Source of the DNA: Nemertoderma westbladi
Lineage: Eukaryota > Animalia > Xenacoelomorpha
Assembly (NCBI GenBank): GCA_032718475.1
Contig: JAUCBJ010004969.1
Coordinates: forward strand, 21,856-85,855
Length of the DNA stretch: 64,000 nt
Direction of reading: 5' to 3'
In this document: positions 12,669 to 26,649 of the stretch, piece by piece
Position numbering within the stretch: the stretch's first letter is position 1
Layout of the letters: the number at the start of each line of letters is the position of its first letter
Program-made: the position numbers and the translations under genes
The notes under the pieces: model-generated
Told to the model about the DNA's origin: nothing
The model's database searches: none
Seen by the model: only the letters and a program-made list of their open reading frames with translations

Positions 12669-13663
12669 CAGTCCCGCTCACCAACAGAGTGCCATCGGAT
12701 CCGATCGGATCCAACACACTCCGACAGCTTCAAACAAGCACAATGCTAACCTACGGGGATTTAGTACTGTTTGATTCTGTTGGAGAAAATATTTCCAACA
12801 AGTTTAGTCTGTTGGAGCCCATCTGAATCTGTCTGAAATCCGTCTGAAAGTGTTTGAAATTTCTGTTGGATGTTGTTGGAAGCTATCTGAAGTTGTCTGA
12901 AGCTGTTTGAAATTGTCTGAAACTGTTGGAAGTTGTCTGAAGATGTTTGACGCCATCGGAATTTGTTGGAATTTGCCAATGCCTTACAAAAGCGTAGTTC
13001 ATTAACAAAATGTCAATCACTTTTACTCTCAATTTGAAGTGATTGTGAGGGTGTGCTATTGTCAATTATAAACCGAAACAAAGATTTGTTTCATTTAACA
13101 ATTTTTATTTACATAATTATGTCGTTAATTATATCAATTAATTAACTAGAATGCATAAACGAATTCCCCATTTCCCATTCCCCATTCATTTCAATGGTAG
13201 CCAACTTGTCTTTCTTGTATTGGGGGTAGACCACTGGTTAGCTTTCTGCTATTGTGTTATTCAAAGATAGCGGCAGGAATAAAGAGAAATACCGACCTCA
13301 CTAATGGGCTGTTCCTTCAGGTCAGCTTAAGTTACAGTGTGAATGTTCAAGGGCGCCGCCAGTGGCCAGTCCACTCTGTCGTTATTGTGGCTTTATGAAT
13401 GGAGTTCCTTTAGTAGTTTCAAAAGCTTTCATTCTATCTGCGCGCAAGAAGATGGGAGTTGAGTTGGGGTTGAGTGTGGGTGGAGTGATTGACAGGTTGT
13501 TGGAAGTTGTCTGATTCTGTTTGAAACTGTCTGAATCTGTTTGAAACTGTCTGAATCTGTTTGAAGTTGTTGGACTGTTGGAGTTTGTCTGAAAGTGTTT
13601 GAAGCTGTTGGATCAGATCGGTTCAGATCGGATCCGATGGCACTCTGTTGGTGAGCTGGACTG
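12669..13663. mobile_element. Non-autonomous Tc1/mariner-type element (TA TSD)
   Basis: TIR CAGTCC(C/A)GCTCACCAACAGAGTGCCATCGGATCCGATC at both ends, flanked by TA; internal ~10-bp repeats (TCTGAAACTG-like). Confidence 0.85.
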
Positions 13664-14694
13664 TAGCTAAATTGCAAGTACTGCTAGCTGTAGTAATACT
13701 ACATCAGCAATAGTACTATACTAATTAATACTACAATAGTAATACTAACAGTTGGCCGTGTCTCACAGCTACCTCCTACTGTATTTCAGATACTCTCATC
13801 CCGGTTTCACAACACTACTGCCACTAAATGTGGAATGCCACAGTACTGGTTCTGCTACTGCAGTACCTACAAAATATATATATATAATTATATCAATCAA
13901 GAGATTAAATAATATTTTTATAATCTGAGGCGAATCGGAGCAGCACTTAAGCTGCTTAGCGATAGTCCAGGCATTATTAAAAAAAAATGGAAAGAAAAAC
14001 CAATACGAAAAAAAAGGCAATTAAAAACTGGTATTGAAGAAAAAGATAGGGTAGTAAAAAACCGCAAGAAAAAGGCAAGTAAATCATGGTAATTAAAAAG
14101 GAAAGTCAAAACTTTTATAGGCAATAAAGTAAAAATGAATAGTAAAAACCAGGTAAAAAAAGGCATTTAAAAACTGGTGATAAAATAAGAATGTAAAAAC
14201 TAATAATAAAGAAATGGGAAGAAAACCAGTAAGAAAAAACGGCAAGTAAAGTCTGGTAGGCCTAATAGAAAATTAAAGTAAAAACTGGAAATTTGTAATA
14301 GAAAAGGAAAGTAAAAACTGATAGATTGCTCAACCACTGATACCTCCTTGGTTTGGCCGCTGGTTCCTATTGCTACTTCGATCTTTCTATCTAAACCATG
14401 TATGTACCTGTACTTCACACATTCATTTAAGTCTCTTTGGGTTGTGAACTCATAACTCAGTTCTACCCGGTAGTTACTGGTATGATTTCTTGTAGTTCAA
14501 TTTTAATTTTAATAGCGCTCATAGTACTTTCACACCTCACATACTGTACTGATGTTACTCTTATTCCACTGTGCCACTGTTTTAGTAGCATTCTTACAGG
14601 TAGGCCTTCATTAACTTAATTAGTTAAATTTACTGTGCAAATTTTCAATTATAATTAAATTAAAATCGTATTCATACCTTAAAATAATTGTGCT

Positions 14695-15005
14695 GTGTAG
14701 CGCGGCGAGATCTCCAGCGGCATCCCGGAGTTCATTATGCCGCTGGATTACCAGCCCCCCCCCCCCCCCCCTTCTTGCAGTTGAGGCCGTGGTTTAGGTC
14801 GAAGTCTGAACCACAGCCGTCACAGCGACTTGGGACCCCCACCAGTGGCCTACCGTATGATGGCTAGCGCGTCCCTGAATTCCTGTGGAGACAGGTCAAA
14901 CTGGTGTTCCGCCAATGGGACTGACGAAACCCATCCGCCTGTCTTCATCTCGGTCAGTGTATGGGCGGTATCGCCACCCTCGACGGCCGCACCCACGCCC
15001 ACCAC
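14695..15005 (-). pseudogene. CRE-clade non-LTR retrotransposon fragment (CCHC finger upstream of the RLE endonuclease)
   Basis: Minus strand reads [26 protein letters not shown], then after frameshifts [22 protein letters not shown] and [11 protein letters not shown]. Confidence 0.75.
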
Positions 15006-17874
15006 CCCTATTGAAAAGTTTTATTTTCTGCGCCGAACGCGGCGCCGGGTGCCTAAAATCCTGCGCCGGCTCCGAGCAAAACCACGCCGGGTGCAAAAAA
15101 TCCTGCGCCGGCTCTGTGCAAAACCACGCCGGGTGCAAAAGATCCTGCGCCGGCTCTGTGCAAACCCACGCCCATGCCAGGTGCAAAAATCCTGCGCCGG
15201 CTCTGTGCAATGCAAAACGCTGCGCCGGGTGAAAAATCTTCCACCGGCTCTTCAAAGCTGCACCGGGCTGACTGGTATAAAACATAAAATCTGCCTGTTA
15301 TACTGTACAGTACCTGTAGTTTATTCGGTTATCTATAATACTGCAGCTGCACTAATCCGAGTTGTTACTTAAACGAACGAAAGTTGTGGGTGGGTGAAAT
15401 GAAAATAAGGACACAGAGACGGAAAACCTTAAAGACAAATGCAACAAGTACAGTAGGTACGTTGTTTTATTCCAAAAGTGTAAAAATACGAAACAACTAC
15501 TTAAGAAACACTGCATGTAAATTTTTGTTGTCAAGTAAAGTGTACATTTTTTGAAATTACTCAAATGTTACAATATGAATTATAGACAGAATATTAAAGA
15601 CTACCGGTACTTCAGTAGGCCTAGTCCTTGTATTTATGTACTACGTTCTACTTTACTAGGCCTACATACTACGTACTGTGGTCCAGTATACGTCTATGCT
15701 ACAGATACGGTATGTCTGAATGAATAATGACTAGCTGTATGTTATGTTATGTTATTAATATCGCCAGAATAACAATAAAATATTAATTTTTGCACATGTA
15801 CGTACACGTACAGTAGATTAAAATAAAATGAACACATAGGTATCTGCAAAGTACGCTAATAAGCGTATGTATGATTTTAAGAAAAATACGGATAATGGTA
15901 TTCAGGTAAAATTAGTAAAATATTTAAAATTATAGTATATTTACAGTACTTACAGTTGGTGCATAATAATTATTAAAAAAAAATGAAATTACAGTAAAAT
16001 TAAATTAAAAAACGGCAAAGCATACTTACAGTAGGTTCAAGGGCTTCAACAACATACAGTACTAAAGCAAACATATTAATAAGGACAAGTTTACAATACT
16101 CTATAGGATACAACACAACAATACGTAGTTATACGTAACATAAATTTGGTACCGTAGGTAGTACCGTATGTCGCATAAGTAAAATATTACTGCTGAAATA
16201 AAACGCGCAAAGTAAAGTAACTACAAAAGGTAGGACAACAATTAAACATAAAAAAACACTATTTTAAAATTTAACAAAAAAAAATGTTTTTTGAGATTGA
16301 AAAAATGAAAATAATAGGTACTGTAGCTAGATTTTAATAAAAATATCGTTGTATCCGAAAGATATCGCTTTCGCTACTGCCACTTGGCGCACAGGAGTAT
16401 CACTATATATTAATTTTAATGGACATTTCGCAGTCTAGTCTATTTTTGAATATGCTCAATCATGGAGTACCAAGGGTATTACGTGCATTAACAACACTTT
16501 CCGGTAATGGTAAAGGATTCCAAATGTTTACAACGCTGTCTGCAAAGTTGTTGCGTGTTAACATTGGTGGAGTTAGGAACGAAACTGGAAGAAATTACTT
16601 CGCTCAATTTTGTCAATCCCGTTGATAAACTTGTATGTTGTTATAAGGTCGGCTAGTACACGGCGATATATTAATGTCGGTAGTTTGAGTGCAAGTAGTC
16701 GGTTTTCATATGACAACTCATCCAGCGATAGTACAACTGTACAAGGCGAGTGACCACACGGTGTTGTACTTGTTCAAGACGTTCAATATTTATCATGTCG
16801 GAGGAATGGCGAACAAACATCTGTGTCGTATTCAAGAAGAGGCCGACCACGAGCTTCCAAATATGTAAAAGTTCTTCGTATTAAATGTACGACTCGCATG
16901 GCGCGGGCTGGAGTCTTTGTGCAGTGAGCTGTGATGCTGTGAACTGGTGAAGGACAAGTCTGGTGTAAATGTAATTCCAAAATCACGTTCCTCGGTCAGT
17001 CGGTTGCCGATACAAGTGTCCATCCATTCATTGTGTAAAGGTTGCTTGGGGATTTCTAGAACCTAGATGCATGCATGACCTTGCACTTGGAGTCATTGAA
17101 CTGCAATTTCCAATGGTTACACATGTGTGTCGGTAATAAATTGTTTCATTATCAATAGTGCCATAGTATAAGTCGTTTTGTTTTATTCACTGTTCAACTT
17201 CATTCTGTCTGCCCGTTTTATTATATGTGCAGTTTTATTTATACGCGTCTATGACAGCGGTGTCTCCATCCAAATAATATAATATAAATATAGCTTATAC
17301 AATACAGCAATATTATGTAAATAAATAAACTGACTATGACCAATAGCAATAATGACTGATCAGCTGATAGCTGGTACTGTGATAGCCTACCTGCCTACTG
17401 CATAACAGCATAACTGCATAAGGTAAAATACGTAAATAAATGACCAGTTGCAGTCAGCCAGTGCTGCAGTGTGAGTTTCTTTTCTGCCTCCTGCATGGCC
17501 AGTTGTTATGTGTTGCTGTGCTGTTGGTCTGATGAACGCATGTCTGCTGTCTCAGTCTCACTGTCTGCCTGGTGCTAGGTTCGGCTGATTTCTGCGCCAG
17601 GCAAATATGTACGCCGGGTGTGCTGGGCTGATTCCTGCTCCGGCGCCGGGTCAATTTCTGCAGCGTCGACGCCGGGAATATTTCGACGCCTGCTGCGCCG
17701 AGCGCAGCATCTCTACCATTGCCAGTTCTCCGCCGGCTACGCCGGCGTAGCACATCTCTGCGCCGGCCAGTCCGGCTCATTGCCCGGCGTAGCACATTTC
17801 TGCGCCAGCTCCCGGCGCAAGTTCTAGTGCTGCGCCGAACGTGCTCGGCGTACATGTAAAACTTTTCAATAGGG
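15006..17874. mobile_element. Non-autonomous TIR DNA element with 8-bp TSD, superfamily unassigned
   Basis: TIR CCCTATTGAAAAGTTTTA ... TAAAACTTTTCAATAGGG; TSD CCCACCAC at 14998-15005 and 17875-17882; GC-rich subterminal repeats (TGCGCCGG) at both ends. Confidence 0.85.
16420..17120 (-). pseudogene. Degenerate 3' end of a CR1-type LINE ORF2
   Basis: Fragments FNDSKCKVMH, ERDFGITFTPDLSF, IRRTFTYL, RPLLEY, LEQVQHR, YENRLLALKLPTL, VVNIWNPLP and FKNRLD. Confidence 0.8.
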
Positions 17875-19354
17875 CCCACCACCTCGTCGTGGGAGAGTAC
17901 TCATAATATTAATAATAGGATTACGGCCGTTGATGTGTATTCGGTCCATGTTTCTAGGTATGCTTAATAATCAATTTGGTGCACACCACTTGTGTTTGTT
18001 TTTTTAAATAGCCCATTTAGAGGAAAAGCAGCAGGTTAATGAGGCTGGCTTTTCTAACCAAAACAATAAACGATCACTTTTCCATTCAAATATAATTGCT
18101 TTACTCAAGCAAGTATAATTGCAGTAATTTAAGTTACTTTTTTACATAAAGGTATTTTTTATATAAAGGTTTAGAAGTATAATTGCACTATTTCAATGTA
18201 CTTTTATTTCCAATATCTTGCTGAATGTTTGATAGGCCTACTCTACATCTGATGCAGAAAACAATATTTGTTTTTGTCAAGGATTTGCAGAAATCGTCTA
18301 TCTTAAAGGAACAAAATAACAAATCTACACAGATCAGATATAGTGCTGTCAGTTGAGTAGTAAGGATATTTCTGATCTTCTTTTAGGACAAAAATTTCCA
18401 GTGTACCGGTATATACAGTAGGCCTAGTTAATTCGTCACCTGATGCTAACTTTTCTCTTCATGCTGGTACCGGCAGACATGGCTATTAAGTTATCTCTCT
18501 AATCGTTGCAGATTTGTTGCATATATGATCCATTATTCCACAGGAAATGACTGACAAACAACTAATACATAATGTAACTGACATTTGTTTCAAACAAATG
18601 CAAGTTACATTATGTATTCAGTACATTGTGTGCCAGTCATGTTGCGTCGTTATGGCAAACCCCGCCATTCGTGTACAGTGTAAAGCTAAATGAGTAAATC
18701 TAAATAAGAACAAAATGTCCGTTAAATTGTTGAATTGTGCACTGGAATACAGTGGCTGAATTCGGCCAAAATTAATTATATTATGGAAACACGTTTTTGG
18801 TGATGTTGTAAAATTAATTATATTATGAAAACACGTTTCTCACCCAGACAGTCTGGCGCCAATGACACTCATAAGGTGACATTGGGTGTCACCCAGACAG
18901 TCTGGCGCCAGTCAGTGGGGTCTAACTGTCACCAAGCCGGCCAAGACTCTACTACTAATGTAGTTGAAGGGAAGATAGTTTGTCCTTGTTGCTGTTCAGA
19001 ATTAAAGTCCAGTATATCAAAAAAGCTGATTGTACATCTCCATAAAAACATTACCTAGTACATTACCCACATTGTAGACGTACTGCCCATGGTTATCGCC
19101 AACAAGGGTGAGCCGACAATCAGCTAACTGATATTGTGCATGTGTGTTTTGTGAAGTTCAATTATTTTATATTATTTTATATAATTAGTTGGCACATTAT
19201 ACTTTCTATTTAAAGTGTACATACATATAATATATCATTTGTATTCTTAAATTGTTACTTTTTCGCTCAAATATACCCAAAACCCTTTTTTCCCAATCAG
19301 GACAATTACTTTGCTGAAGATTAAGAAGTTCCGTGACTAGTACTACGTAGTAGG

Positions 19355-20225
19355 TGAATAGTACTATACTAATTAATACTACAATAGTAATACTAACAGT
19401 TGGCCGTGTCTCACAGCTACCTCCTACTGTATTTCAGATACTCTCATCCCGGTTTCACAACACTACTGCCGCTAAATGTGGAATGCCACAGTACTGGTTC
19501 TGCTACTGCAGTACCTACAAAATCTATATATATAATTATATCAATCAAGAGATTAAATAATATTTTTATAATCTGAGGCGAATCGGAGCAGCACTTAGGC
19601 TGCTTAGCGATAGTCCAGGAATTATTAAAAAAAATGGAAATAAAAACCAATACGAAAAAAAAGGCAATTAAAAACTGGTATTGAAGAAAAAGATAATAAA
19701 AACCAGTAAGAAAAAGGCAAGTAAATCATGGTGATTAAAAAGAAAAGTCAAAACTTTTATAGGTAATAAAGAAAAAATGAATAGTAAAAACCAGGTAAAA
19801 AAAGGCATTTAAAAACTGGTGATAAAATAAGAATGTAAAAACTAATAATAAAGAAATGGGAAGAAAACCAGTAAGAAAAAACGGCAAGTAAAGTAAAGTA
19901 AAAACTGATAGATTGCACAACCACATGATACCCCCTTGGTTTGGCCGCTGGTTCCTATTGATACTTTGGCCTTTCTATCTAAATCATGTACCGGTACTTC
20001 ACACATTCATTTAAGTCTCTTTGGGTTGTGAACTCATAACTCAGTTCTACCCAGTAGTTACTGGTATGATTCACAACTCGTATCTTGTAGTTTAATTAGT
20101 TTAATTTAATTAGTTAGTTTAATTTTAATAGCGCTCATAGTACTTTCACACCTCTCATACTGTACTGATGTTACTCTTATTCCACTGTGCCACTGTTTTA
20201 GTAGCATTCTTATACGTAGGCCTTA
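19355..20225 (-). repeat. Third copy of the repeat that forms the inverted duplication
   Basis: Near-identical to ~13710-14610 in the same orientation. Confidence 0.85.
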
Positions 20226-20799
20226 TACGTAGGCCTTTCGTAGGTCAGGTTGACCTGAATTAATTAGTCTGTTGAATGTGTCAGTTTGTGTTTAACCCCT
20301 GTTTTTAGATCCCCCATCACCTCTGTCAGTAACGTCTTGGCTGTCAGGTTCCTATCTACTAGTGTAAAGTTCGGTGTGTCAGTGAGGAATGACAAAGTAT
20401 CCAAACTAAAGTCTCTAACATAGTGTTGTCAGTTATTAAGTTCAGTAAAAGGCGTCATTAGGATGAGCCAATGGCAAACTGTAATTGTGGTATTGGTACC
20501 ACCCCTGTCCCGTGTCATGCAATTTTGCCATTGGATCAGAGACTCGTCACATGGTACAATCGTCGCCCCCCACATGCAGTCCTATACGTCCTCTGTATAA
20601 TACCGTGGTGTCCGTGGCAATGTCATTTGCTCCACAAATTCCAGACCTAGAAAGGCGTGGTTGGAAAGGGATCGAGCAATATTGGATCTGATCTCTAGAA
20701 CAAGAGTCTCCGAGTGTTTAACAGCTGTGAAGAGTCCGTGGTGTAGTGTGGCTTATAACTTGCCTTGGCTAATGGCGGATAGATCGATGTCGACAGGTC

Positions 20800-21175
20800 T
20801 GCCCCCATCTCTGTCTCACCCAAAACCCCACCCCAGCCCCCACCCTCATGTCTCACCCCCACCTCCCACCCCACACCCTCACGCTCTGCCCCCCACTTAC
20901 CAATCCCACCCATCCACTCTGTTCTAATCTAACCATCAATTAAATCTGTCTATTCTGGTACTCAACCGGCCTCTCTCAACCCCTGTCCCCAACCCCTTGT
21001 CCCTCATGCCCCCCCCCCCCCCCCCCCCGCCCTCCACCCCCCACCGCCTACCCCCACACTCCACCCCACCCCATCCCCCACCCCATGCCCCACCCGCCAC
21101 CCCAACCTGGCACCCCCACAACCCACATCCCACCCTCCCCACCCCCCACATACACAGACCCACACTCCCACACAC
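20800..21175. repeat. C-rich low-complexity tract (G-quadruplex-prone on the minus strand)
   Basis: Dense CCC(A/C) runs with a partial internal duplication. Confidence 0.6.
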
Positions 21176-21334
21176 GGTTTTCTGCGGTAAGTTGTCTGCT
21201 ATTTTCATTATTTGATTGTGTGGCCCTTACTTAAAAGAGCCACTCAGAAATAGGAATTACTGTGGACACTAACCACAGCAAGTAGATTGGCCCTTAAAAG
21301 GGCCGTTTGGGTTGTTAGGACTTAATGTGGGCGC

Positions 21335-21790
21335 TACACCACAGCAGGTAGAGCATCCTGGATAGTGCAATACAACTTGCACTGTCCGACATCACTAAGG
21401 TGTATGCCATCAGAGTGAAGCAAGGCTCCTCCCTGCAGCCGATGGCATAGAGCACCTTTCATGGCTATGATGCGGTCGTATTGGTTTTACCTCAGCCACG
21501 CCGCCATCCTGCTGTTTGTAGCCACACGCCACGAATCAAAATCGGGGTCCACAGGTATTCTCTTCAGGCGCTTTGACGCGGGACGATTTGTGCCCATAAA
21601 TCAGAGGAGGCCTCATTGGATGAATATTCTGTAATCATTGCCTTCAATTTGGTGACAACAAAATCTGTCTCTCTCACACACAGATCGTTGCCTCCAAACA
21701 TTATAACAATGATACAGGGTTTCTTCTCCCAATGTCTACTCCACTGGCTCCCCCTCACAATCTGGCCTCCCTGGTGACCCAGGGTTTGGG
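21335..21790 (-). pseudogene. SGNH-hydrolase ORF fragment, of the type carried by Ngaro/DIRS elements or CR1/RTEX ORF1
   Basis: PCIIVIMFGGNDL (block III) and LLHSDGIHLSDVG (block V, DxxH); interrupted by stops. Confidence 0.65.
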
Positions 21791-23728
21791 CCAGAAAGGA
21801 AATCAGTAAAGGGACTCACAAAATTGTTGGCAGCAGTCATCCCACTCCATACCACATCCCAAAAAAATAGCAGGTGAATGGTCATCAATTATTGTCAAAC
21901 TTTCACTAATAATTCGATTATGTTTGCATAAAAAACAGACATTAAGAAAATTTGGTTAGTATAATTATAAGTAGCTCAATGATGGTTCATTCACGTAAAA
22001 TTCCTGAAGAGATTGATCACTTTAAAATTGCCATCCCTACCCAGCTGCAATACGATGGACAACAAGGTAGATGAGATAAATGATATAAAATTGAGATAAA
22101 TTATTATATAGAAACAAAATGTTCCAGAACTATATATGTGTATTTATTTAATAGAATAATTTAATTATCACAACTACATTTAAAAATAAATGTATATAAT
22201 TGTGTTAATTCTAATCATACCACAAACAGCTTTCAAATAAAAAAACTATTTAGGTAGAAGAATAACTGCAAATGTAACTTGGGGCAATATAAATATCACA
22301 TTAAAAATCCTGACACGACCAAATGTATCTCATTAAGATTTGTAAAAGAAAATTATAGGGATGAGAGGGTTTCCAAAAGAATTACTTTTCAGTAGCAGTT
22401 AGAAACATGAATTAATATAATATAATAGTAATAATAATCATAAAATATGTAGTTAATTTCTTCAAACTTACTTCTATATAAATTGAAGTGATAAAGTTTG
22501 TCCTTCTTTATGATGGATGTTGTTATATGGAACCTGGCAGGTTCTACCTGCTCCGTAGCTGCATCTATTACAGCAGACTGAGCCCATCCAGATATCACCC
22601 AACCACCGCGATATCTTTTCAGTTCGTTACGGATGTGATTCCGTGCCTAATCATTAGTGACGGATTGATTGTGTCTGAGGCTATAAATAATTATTTATAC
22701 ACTAAATAACTAAATAATTTGGTACTAGGATGTTGTCAAGGATCTGAAGGTGCGAATAAGCAGACTAATGGAAATAATCACGTTACTGTGGCAGGTTATT
22801 ACAACCAAAACAATTAAATAAGTCAATATCAGGGGTTTCAGTTTATATGTATATTAATGACAAAAGATGAAACAAAGCTCTTAATAGCGTGGTAAAAGTC
22901 AGCACTTCTACAAAATACCCTATATTTCGGGCACAAAACTTACAGTGTAATAAAATGCGTTAACTAACATAACATAAGGCTTCATTATAGGTATCTGTAC
23001 GCACTGATATGGGATTTGCGTCCAGTTTCTCACCCTCTCCATATCTCGACGAGATACTAAAATATATGCCCGAGACCAATCTGTGATTGTGTGTATATTT
23101 ACTTTGGAGTTAATGTTAATCTTTATTTGATAGACTATACCAAATCTGTTACTTGAAGTACATCTTTAGGGAAGAATAACATCGGAAATTCAGTGTTCGA
23201 AAACATGTGTGGTATAATAATGTTATCCTCCTTATCAATTATCATCTTGTCCCATTTAGGTCGAAACGAGACTACCCACTCCTTGTGAACTGTGCGAAAG
23301 CATGGGCATGGTTGAACTCTAACCAGCCCATTGCCCCCTTGCTGGCGCAAACATAATCCATAGAAATCTGTATCAAAAATATATTTATATTATATGGAGA
23401 AAATATTTCGGCGAATGATTTAATAAATCCAAAACATTTTCACAATGTTGTGCATGCTACAAAAACCTTGAATAATGCAACTCAACTCAAAGTTGGTTAT
23501 GTTCTTCGGAAATTGGATAATTTAATCAGGTGTGAAGCCATTAAATCGCAGAATGCAGAAATTCAAGCACTGGTAAACAACTTCATGTGACTGTACAAGT
23601 GGCATGTCAAAATCTCATCTTCTTCTTTGTATAGAATGAAGAAATCCCATTTTAATAAAGTTGATGACCTTACAGAGGATATCCTTTCATTACACAATTA
23701 TACTAGAGACGGCGTCAAGACGCCGTTA

Positions 23729-24028
23729 AGCAAGTCGGAAGTCATCAATCAAATGTAAATTCCATCAACAAGCTGTCATTGGTGTTATTTTACCATTGCG
23801 CCTATGGCGTTTTTTCATTAATCTCTATTTTTCGAGCCCACGGCTCATGGACGAAATAGCGGAACATACCAGGGACCTTAGAATCGCGGTATCTAGCCGC
23901 TGTGAAAATTTGATCAAAATCGTTAAGAGTAGTTTTGGCTGTAGATCAGTCAGTCAGCCAGTCAGTCCAGTCAGTCAGCCAGTCAATCAGCCAACAATTC
24001 TTACAGTAATCAAGTCCTACGACTTGCT
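23729..24028. mobile_element. Helentron-associated (DINE-1/HINE-like) short element
   Basis: Inverted repeat AGCAAGTCG ... CGACTTGCT, terminal hairpin CAAGTC-CTAC-GACTTG and an internal (CAGT)n microsatellite. Confidence 0.55.
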
Positions 24029-25377
24029 AATTAATGTAAACATAAAATCAATATTGTTAATGGAACCATCAGAACGGGATAGTCGAAACACTAAGTAATG
24101 AACCTAAAGTGCAGTGTTGTAAAAGTGGGGTTAAATAGAGATATTACAGCCCAAACCACAAGCGAAGTTATGGATTACAACAGCAGAATACCTTATTATG
24201 TATTTACTGTATAATATAATGCATGATAGCCGGCAAGCAGCTCTGTTGTATATTGCAACAGATGGATGGTATACTATACTGTATCGAAAGCAATAACAAT
24301 ATTCTAACTATTATAAATTATCATACACACAATATTTTAAGATGTAAATATTTTCATTGTAGAATCCAGTGACTGCTGTACAATATCTACTGTAAAATCC
24401 CAACAATCGGGCCTAAATAATAGATACCAATGTACACAAACTACTACTGGCGAGATCGGTGCCTGATGTCTTCCCCTAAACTTGGGCGAATCAAATGCCC
24501 TGGCTAACTTGACAATCGGGGTGACCAGTCCCTAACTGGTGAGGCAGAAATACAGTCTACAGAAACAGACCAAACTCGCAAGAAAACAATACCCGCGTAG
24601 CAAATCCTAACTACCGCTAATGGACCTAAACTACTGTAGACTTGCCGTGGAGTGATTTATATGGGTATAACAAGCCAGTGGGTTGATAAAACTAGCGTAA
24701 AACAATACTGTTGACAGACAAAAGCAGTCAAAAAAAGGGTAATATCAGTAGAATAAGAATCATATAATAAGAATAAGAATCATTGAGTTGTGTAATCAAT
24801 AATCGTAATAAAAACGTACAGTATAATAGATAGCACGCAGTACACAGTGTGGTGGGCGATTGCATGCGACACAGATGGGTGTTAGGATAGGGTTAGGATG
24901 GGTAACTGGGGAAATGCAACGTGTCTACGTGTAGTCGAATTTCAAATCCCATATGACACACTGGCGGTCGAGTGGCAGGAAATCATTAAGTTGGCAATCA
25001 ATACCCCCAAAAAATATATTGAGTTTAAATTCAACAATTTTCATAGATATAAGCACAATCTTGAAGTTGATACCAGTAGCATATCTATTATACATTTCTG
25101 CATTTCCAAATAGAAGTTGTATGACTAAAAAAAAGAAAAAATTGAGTAGCGAATAATTTCCAATTAAATAAAAAGAGAGAACATCTTAACTTTTTTGTGA
25201 TAAAAAAAGGAGGGGCCTAAACAGAGAAAAAAAAAGTTGTTCATTGAAGGAAAGTAGTATAGCATAGACTTGAGCTAGTTAAGAGCAACTTAATGAGATC
25301 AACTGCAATACTCGTCTACACTAGCCAAACATTCCCAAGTTAGTTCAGGCTGCACCATTGTTGCCACCAGAACCACT

Positions 25378-26130
25378 AGGGACAATTACCCTTTCGAGAT
25401 CATGTAGATTTGAAATATTATCCATCTTTATTGCTTTGTCGTCGGGTTTGACACGGACGAAGACAGCACAGTCGAAAGTAAAGGCCGCAGAAATACAATT
25501 AGATGATTTCATCTTTGATACTGCTCGGAATAATGCCGCATGATCACGTGTCAGATGTTCTGTGACATATATCCCGTCAGTGAGACTCTTTCGGTTTCAT
25601 AAAGTGGTTTTACGCGAGGAGTGCCCATATAATTTTACTATTATGGGGCGAGAATTAACCCTGTTGGAACCGTTTGCGAGAAGAACTTCAGGGGTTTGAG
25701 TGTTCGAGCGTTTCCGACCAAGCCGGTGGAATATATCGACCTCCTTTAGGGATAGACCAATTTTAGACAACGTATCCGAGAGTAAGGACTTCTCGGAGGA
25801 GAGGTCGCGCTGTTCCGGGAGAGTGTGGATAAGGATATTAGTACGCATCGTGTACTGGCGAAGGTCATCATTCTCTGCCTGGAGAGCAGTGATATCCGCC
25901 TCGAGTTTTACCGTAGACGGTTCCAGCTTTCTTGTCGAAATTTCCAACAATGCCACTTTATCAAAAAGTAGTGGGATTTTTGCACAGTCAGACTTGATCT
26001 GTTTGATATCGCCATGGAGGTCATGAAGCCATTGTAGAAGTTTAGGGCCACATTCCTTCCAATGATTCTTCTGTCTAAGAGCTGAAGCGAGGATTTAATG
26101 CTAACTGAGTCACCGTTAACGGTACCAGTA
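25378..26130 (-). pseudogene. LINE ORF1 (coiled coil plus L1-type RRM; CR1/L2-associated type)
   Basis: ENDDLRQYTMRTNILIHTLPE, HRLG, RPIIVKL and IYVTEHLT motifs; in-frame stop at ~25597. Confidence 0.75.
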
Positions 26131-26240
26131 GTTAAACGCGTCCAGATAGCAGACTGTTTGGATTCTAGGCCTACTTTACGACATCACCGTACAGCAGTGC
26201 TCTGCAGTACAGAGTCGTGCAGTAGTAAAATCGAGGTATC

Positions 26241-26370
26241 GGATATCGAGGTAGTCATGGTCGAGTGAAAAGCTGGGTCAAAACATGGGTGGATATCGAG
26301 GTAGTCGTGGTGGATTGAAAAGCCGGGTCAAAACGTGGGTGGATATCTAGGTAGTCGCGGTCGTGTGAAG
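26241..26370. repeat. 50-bp tandem repeat (~2.5 copies)
   Basis: Units starting GGATATC(G/T)AGGTAGTC at 26241, 26291 and 26341. Confidence 0.8.
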
Positions 26371-26649
26371 GAAAACAAGGTCTAATTAAGGGTGGGTGGA
26401 AGAAGTAATCGTGGTAAGTGGAGAACAGTGTCGTAAAGGTATAATACAAAGCAAAATAATAATACAAAATGCAAATCAAAAGAAATACAAATAGGAACAA
26501 AATACAAAAAGAACAGGGAACTCTTTAAAATATTGTTCCTTCTTTTATACTCATTCAACAGCTGATATTGATAATCAGCTGTGTCAAAGCCACTTAACCA
26601 GTCAACCAAAACCTTCATTTCAAATTGGTTTCAGCCGATTAAAACATGG

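Larger units (their letters stand above)
11984..14692 (-). repeat. Right arm of the inverted duplication (hosts two MITEs)
   Basis: Reverse-complement match to 8255-8515 and 10539-11370. Confidence 0.85.

Noticed and set aside
14830-15372. Overlapping Arg/Cys-rich ORFs
   Set aside because: They are translations of the GC-rich subterminal repeats and the antisense of the CRE fragment.
18950-19058. BED-finger-like CPCC...HLH peptide
   Set aside because: Too short and degenerate, with no associated transposase sequence.
22970-23370. Possible minus-strand exon pair
   Set aside because: The splice phases do not join into an open frame and no protein family was recognised.
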